From: Eledone cirrhosa
Taxonomy: Eukaryota
NCBI GenBank assembly: GCA_964016885.1
Contig: OZ024751.1
Coordinates: forward strand, 8,742,001 to 8,806,000
Reading direction: 5' to 3'
Length of the DNA stretch: 64,000 nt
The notes under the pieces are model-generated. The model was given only the letters and a program-made list of their open reading frames with translations, did not search any database and was not told the origin of the DNA. The translations under genes were made by a program, and so were the position numbers. Positions within the stretch are counted from its first letter, which is position 1. Every line of letters starts with the position of its first letter. Shown in pieces: positions 58,742 through 64,000 of the stretch.

Positions 58742-59089
58742 GTGTATGTATTAAAAATATTTATATATCTATATATATGTATGTATATATATAGATATAT
58801 ATATGTGTATATATATATATATGTTTAAATATAACAAATATGTATATACCTATATAAATATAATTTATACATATACATATATATTATATTATTCAAGGTA
58901 GCGTACATGTGATTATGTATGTGTGTTTACAAACAGTATTTAATGCATATGTAGATAGTAGCGCATGAGGGCGATTACTTTAGGAAATATTTCTTAATAT
59001 TTTGTTCATAATTTTATTCCCAACGCATTTAATTTTAGTAGCCAAAATAACCTATATATCACATACACCATCAATCATTATATTCGATA

Positions 59090-59369
59090 TCTATATATAT
59101 AAAAGCAAGTCTGTCTGTGTGTGTGTGTGTGTCTGTCTGTCTGTGTAAAAATACTAGGCTCCTTTTAACTTTTGAAGTACTAGGCCGATTTCAACCAAAT
59201 TTGGCACAAATGATGCTTATATGCCAGAGCAGGTTTTAGATAAAAACAAATTTGAGTAAAAATATTGGGGCCGAAAAATCGAATTTGTGTGTGTGTATCT
59301 GTCTGTGTACAAATACTAGGCTCCTTTTAACATTTTCAAACCCCGGGCTACGCCTGGTATATCTGATAG
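59090..59369 (+). mobile_element. Non-autonomous Helitron-like element
   Basis: A|TCTATATATATAAAA 5' end, subterminal GC hairpin cccggg..cctgg, degenerate CTAG|T end. Confidence 0.6.
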
Positions 59370-60444
59370 TTATATATATTATATTTAAAGTGCTTCAAAT
59401 TCGGGAAGGAAATTATTTTCATATCGTGTATTTTGTTGACAGCATTTTTCTGGTTAGCGGATCTTGCCCGTTCTATCACTGTTTCTACTCTTGGTCTACA
59501 TGTATTCATCAACTCAAAATCTTCAGATTGAAGAGCTATATATATATATGGTATAGCTCATCATAGCAAAAATAAAAAGAGATAATATTATGTGTTACTT
59601 ATGCATTAATTATCAACTGACATCGTATGATTTTGGCGATACTCATGGTGTAAGCAATTGAATATCTATCTTTATGTATTCATTGATATTCATTCTATTG
59701 AGGCTAAATCATGAGTACTGTTAATAAAATGAATATAAAATCTCTACTTCTGTATTGAGTACTATTTCTACTCAACCATCAACCTCATACGAATATATAT
59801 ATATATGTGCGCGTGTGTGTGTATGTGTGCGTTTCGTTAGTGTGTGGTAATAACTCGTCAGAAATATTCAAGTTATAGGGCAACTCACGTCCGTAGGATA
59901 AGTTGTAATATATTATGGAAGCAATTACTACAACGACGGTATATCAGGAACGTAAGTGTTGTTAGTTTTGATGGCTAGCATTTGAACCCGTGCCGGAGGA
60001 AAGGAATCGGAAATAGATTATATAAAGGAAGGAGATAGAAGAACGACAAACAATAGACCTTCAAAAACTCGCCTAGAATTCTTTTCACCCAGCTATCAGG
60101 CAGCGAAGCACAATCTAAAGAACTGGCGTACATAATAACTAATTCAAATAACATTTTTTATTTCTAAAATATTTCTCCTGAAATATACTATATTTCTACT
60201 TTACTATATTATTCACTTTTTTTCTTGCGTTGACCTACAGAGCAGCTCTAAGGTTATCCACCTTAGTTCTGGGTCAACATTTTGTTTCGATATGTTTAGT
60301 AATTTTCTCTTTTCTTCCTTTAGTATCACCCTTAGTTTCTCCACATTTATATAACCTATTACTGGTATATATATAATTTGGCACGAGTTGAAAATGTGCT
60401 CCTACAAACCAACGAAACGGACGTTCCTTAATAACAATAATAAT

Positions 60445-60885
60445 AATAATGGCTTCTTTTATAAGCACAAGGCCAGCAATCTCGGGGATGGGGAAAAACG
60501 ATTAAATCGACCCCAGTGCTGGACTTGTGCTTTACTTTATCGACCCCGTAAGGATGAATGGCAAAGCTAACCTCGGTGGCATTTGAACTCAGACCGTAAA
60601 GGACCGTAACTCGATGCTGCAAAGCATGGTGTCCGACTCTCTACCGATACTGCCAATCCACCGCCATAATAATAATAATTGTTTCTACGCTAGGAACAAG
60701 GCCAGCAAATACCCAGTGCATTACTGGTACTTTATTTTATCGACCCCGTAAGGATGATAGGCAAAGTCAACCTCGGCGGGATTTAATAATAATAATAATA
60801 ATTGTTTCTACTTTAGGCACACGGCAAGCAATTACTCAGTGTATTACTGGTACTTTATTTTATCGACCCCGTAAGGATGAAAGGC

Positions 60886-60886
<1 letters not shown>
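60445..60886 (-). mobile_element. Three stacked SINE copies (one full, two 5'-truncated) separated by (TAA)n
   Basis: Reverse complement of the 12657-12845 family. Confidence 0.85.
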
Positions 60887-60925
<39 letters not shown>

Positions 60926-60926
<1 letters not shown>

Positions 60927-63244
60927 GCCAGAAAAGATACCATCATGGCTAGTTAACGGCATTACATTCCTGCTTCCGAAGAATGATGAGACAAACAATC
61001 CCAAAAATTACAGACCGATAACTTGCTTGACCACAACGTATAACATTTTAACATACGTCCTAACTGAGTATACATATGACCACCTGATAACAAATGACCT
61101 ATTTCTCATTGAGCAGAAAGGGTGTAAAAGAGGCTCACATGGCTGTAAGGATCAGCTTTTGGTTAACAAAATGATACTGGAAGATTGTCATAATAGACAC
61201 AAAAATCTATCAATTGCTTGGATAGATTATAAAAAAGCATTCGATAGTTTGTCACACAGTTGGATTGAAAAATGTTTAGAGATTTTCAAAATATCTCCCG
61301 TTGCAGGAGGTTTTTGTCATTCAGTATGAAGACATGGAAAACGACACTCCTTTCGAATAGTGAAACAAAATCACTGGAAGCTGGAGAAGTTAATATTAAT
61401 TGTGGAATTTTTCAGGGTGACTCTTTATCGCTGCTTTTATTCTGCATCGCACTTATACCATTAAGTAAAATGCTCAATGAATCAAAACATGGAGATAAAG
61501 TCTATGACAAAACCATTAATCACTTGTTCTACATGGATGACCTGAAACTATTTGCAAAAAATGATGAACAATTGCAAGGGCTATTATCCACTGTGGAGCA
61601 GTTCAGTGATGACATTAAAATGGAGTTTGGACTAGATAAATGCGCCAAAGCAACGTTCACCAGAGGAAAGCTGCTGAAAAGTTCAGACATTAATCTTGAT
61701 CGAGGGAATGTGATAAGAGAACTTGATCAAGAGGAAACTTACAAATATCTAGGTGTTTGTGAAGGAGACGGAATCAAGCACTCGACAATGAGGGAAAGGA
61801 TAAGGAGGGAATGTAACCGCAGAGTGAGAGCAATCTTAAGAACAGAATTGAATGCAAGGAATAGGATCGATGCCATACACACGCTTGCCATACCAGTAGT
61901 ATCCTACAGTTACAATGTCATCAACTGGTCAAGCACAGAGATCCGTAGGCTCGATAAAAAAATTCGAAAATTCTTAACCATGCATAGAATGCATCACCCT
62001 AATGCAGATATAGATAGAATATATCTCCCTAGGAAAGGAAGAGGACGTGGGTTAATCCAGTTAGACATTGCGTTGAAAACTGCAACAATTGGATTATCTA
62101 CATATCAAAGGGAATCACATAATTGGATGATCAAACTCGTTTTGAAACACGAACGCATCAAAAGAACATACTCCATTACAAAAGATGCACAAAGATACAG
62201 TAATGGACTACACATTTCAGAAGTCCCATTTACTACTGAAATAAAAAACACAGAAAAAGCAAAGCAGGTAAAAGTAACTGCAAAGAACGAACTCCTACAG
62301 AAACTGGCTTAGAAATGGCAAGAAAAGCCTCTGTATGGAAAATACCCAGAACGAACTAACAATCCTGATGTTGACAAAACTTTAACCCATCAGTGGTTGG
62401 CATCCTCTGGACTGAAATCGGAGACTGAAGGACTGATTATATCAGCACAAGATCAGTGTCTGCCAACAAAAAATTATCAAGCCAACATAATAAAAAATGG
62501 ATGCAACCCATTATGCCGTGTATGTAAAAAACAACCAGAGACCATTGATCATATAATTTCAATGGTCAGTCCTATAGCTCCAACAGAATACCTAAACAGG
62601 CATGACAGAGCTGCACAATACATACATTGGATAATGTGTAAGCATTTTGACCTGCCCCATCAAAAGTATTGGTGGGAGCATCAACCACCTCCCATACTTG
62701 AAAAATATCACATCTCAATCTTGTGGAACTTTAGCATCCAAACAGACCGAAAAATAGATGCAAATAGACCTGATATAATATTGAAGGACTTTAAAAAGAG
62801 GGTATGCCTGCTAATTGATATTTCCGTTCCAATAGACAAGAATGTATCTATAAAAACATTTGAAAAATTGAGCAAGTATAAGGACCTGGAGATAGAAATT
62901 GGAAAAATATGGAAATTGAGAACTAAAACAATACCAGTGGTTGTAGGTGCTCTAGGAATGATTCCTAATGGGTCTAATGATTACTTATCGCAAATCCCAG
63001 GAAACCCGCGTATAGGAGAAATACAAAAGATAGTACTAATGGGAACTGCCCATATACTAAGGAAGATTCTGTCAATATAAGTACATCACAAGTCTAAACA
63101 CCTAAAGATGCATGTGTGAGTATGTATGTTCTTTCTTGAACATGGCGGACCTTGTTGTCTCTTGAGGTCACTGGTTGTGACTTGGTGATAACTCGTATGA
63201 ACATAAACCAAGATAAATGCAACTGTAATAATAATAATAATAAT
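60926..63244 (+). mobile_element. 5'-truncated R4/Dong-like LINE (RT, zinc knuckle, RLE) with a frameshift and a stop codon, flanked by (TAA)n
   Basis: NYRPITCL, DYKKAFD, GIFQGDSLS, FYMDDLK, YKYLG, AQDQ, CRVC..H, NRPD..IDISVP; ORF ends at 63080. Confidence 0.93.
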
Positions 63245-63247
63245 GCT

Positions 63248-64000
63248 TTCTTTATTAACCACAAGGGTTTACATAAAGTAGTCATTAAGGACAGTACATG
63301 ACAATACAGGACGGTACAAATGAGCATTTCTGCGTGTAAAAAAAACAGAGGATGTAATAAAAATAACAATTAAAAATTCCTCAATATTGGGGAGACTTCT
63401 GAAGGACATTTGTGGAGAAAGCCCATTAAAAGGCCACAGTGACCCTGACACCAGGGCAAGTGCCCTCTCCCAGTTTTACACCTTTAATTTACAAACACAT
63501 ACTCAGAGTAGACCCATTAACTCGGGCCATACATGCTTCTTTCACCCATCTTTCAACAAAATGCTGGGAAGAGAATACTTCCCTCTCTACCCCGATTTTC
63601 CTTTTCAAATGAAATTTGAAAAAGTTAATCAGGGCATCACCGAAGAGGTAAGTGCTCGTCTTCAGCCCTTTCAAACGTGTCCATCATACTATCTCTTTCG
63701 CCATGGCCACCAGACAAATAAAAACTGCCTGCTCCTCGGTAGCACTGCCAGGCCAGGGATTTCTGGAACTTGTCCATAGGCCCCGGCCCGAAAGTCCTTC
63801 CAAAGAGATTGGCTAGTTGATTTTCGTCGACGCCTAGAGTTTCTCCAAGTACGTCGTCGCTCTTCCCCCTCCACTAATCCTCTATAGAACGCCAAGGTGG
63901 AGTTTTCACCGATCACATTGCCCGATTGGTCGAGGGCTGTGAGCGCCTGAAGACATTCCAGTCTCCAAGCGCTCCCTCTCGGTCGCGCTTGACCCAGGAC
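63248..64000 (-). mobile_element. Probable Tx1/L1-like LINE 3' end
   Basis: Fragmented C-terminal peptide (FYRGLV..LWKDF..LAWQCYRG..AKEIV..R..F..RW); polyA-signal-like tttatt at the 3' end. Confidence 0.55.

Overview
AT-rich, repeat-saturated eukaryotic DNA with no host gene I can support. It is probably an octopod cephalopod, inferred from the tRNA-derived SINE and the (TA)n/(TAA)n-rich repeat landscape. The autonomous-type content is decayed: Penelope-like retroelements (PLE; RT + GIY-YIG) of two types, R4/Dong-like RLE LINEs in (TAA)n, RTE, CR1-like and Tx1-like fragments, a mariner, a non-autonomous Helitron and SINEs. The main signal is RNA-level. Type I hammerhead ribozyme (HHR) motifs occur in about ten different sequence contexts. 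The best case is a nearly invariant 310-bp non-coding unit repeated about 23 times (45271-52356) as two divergent arms, with 22 complete HHRs, which looks like a very young retrozyme-like array. Related or analogous units of about 322 bp, 540 bp and 1.3 kb, and a sister family with a U3-A8 compensatory core, share the same architecture: a minus-strand arm joined to a plus-strand arm, usually next to (TA)n. All folds were derived by eye and none were computed.
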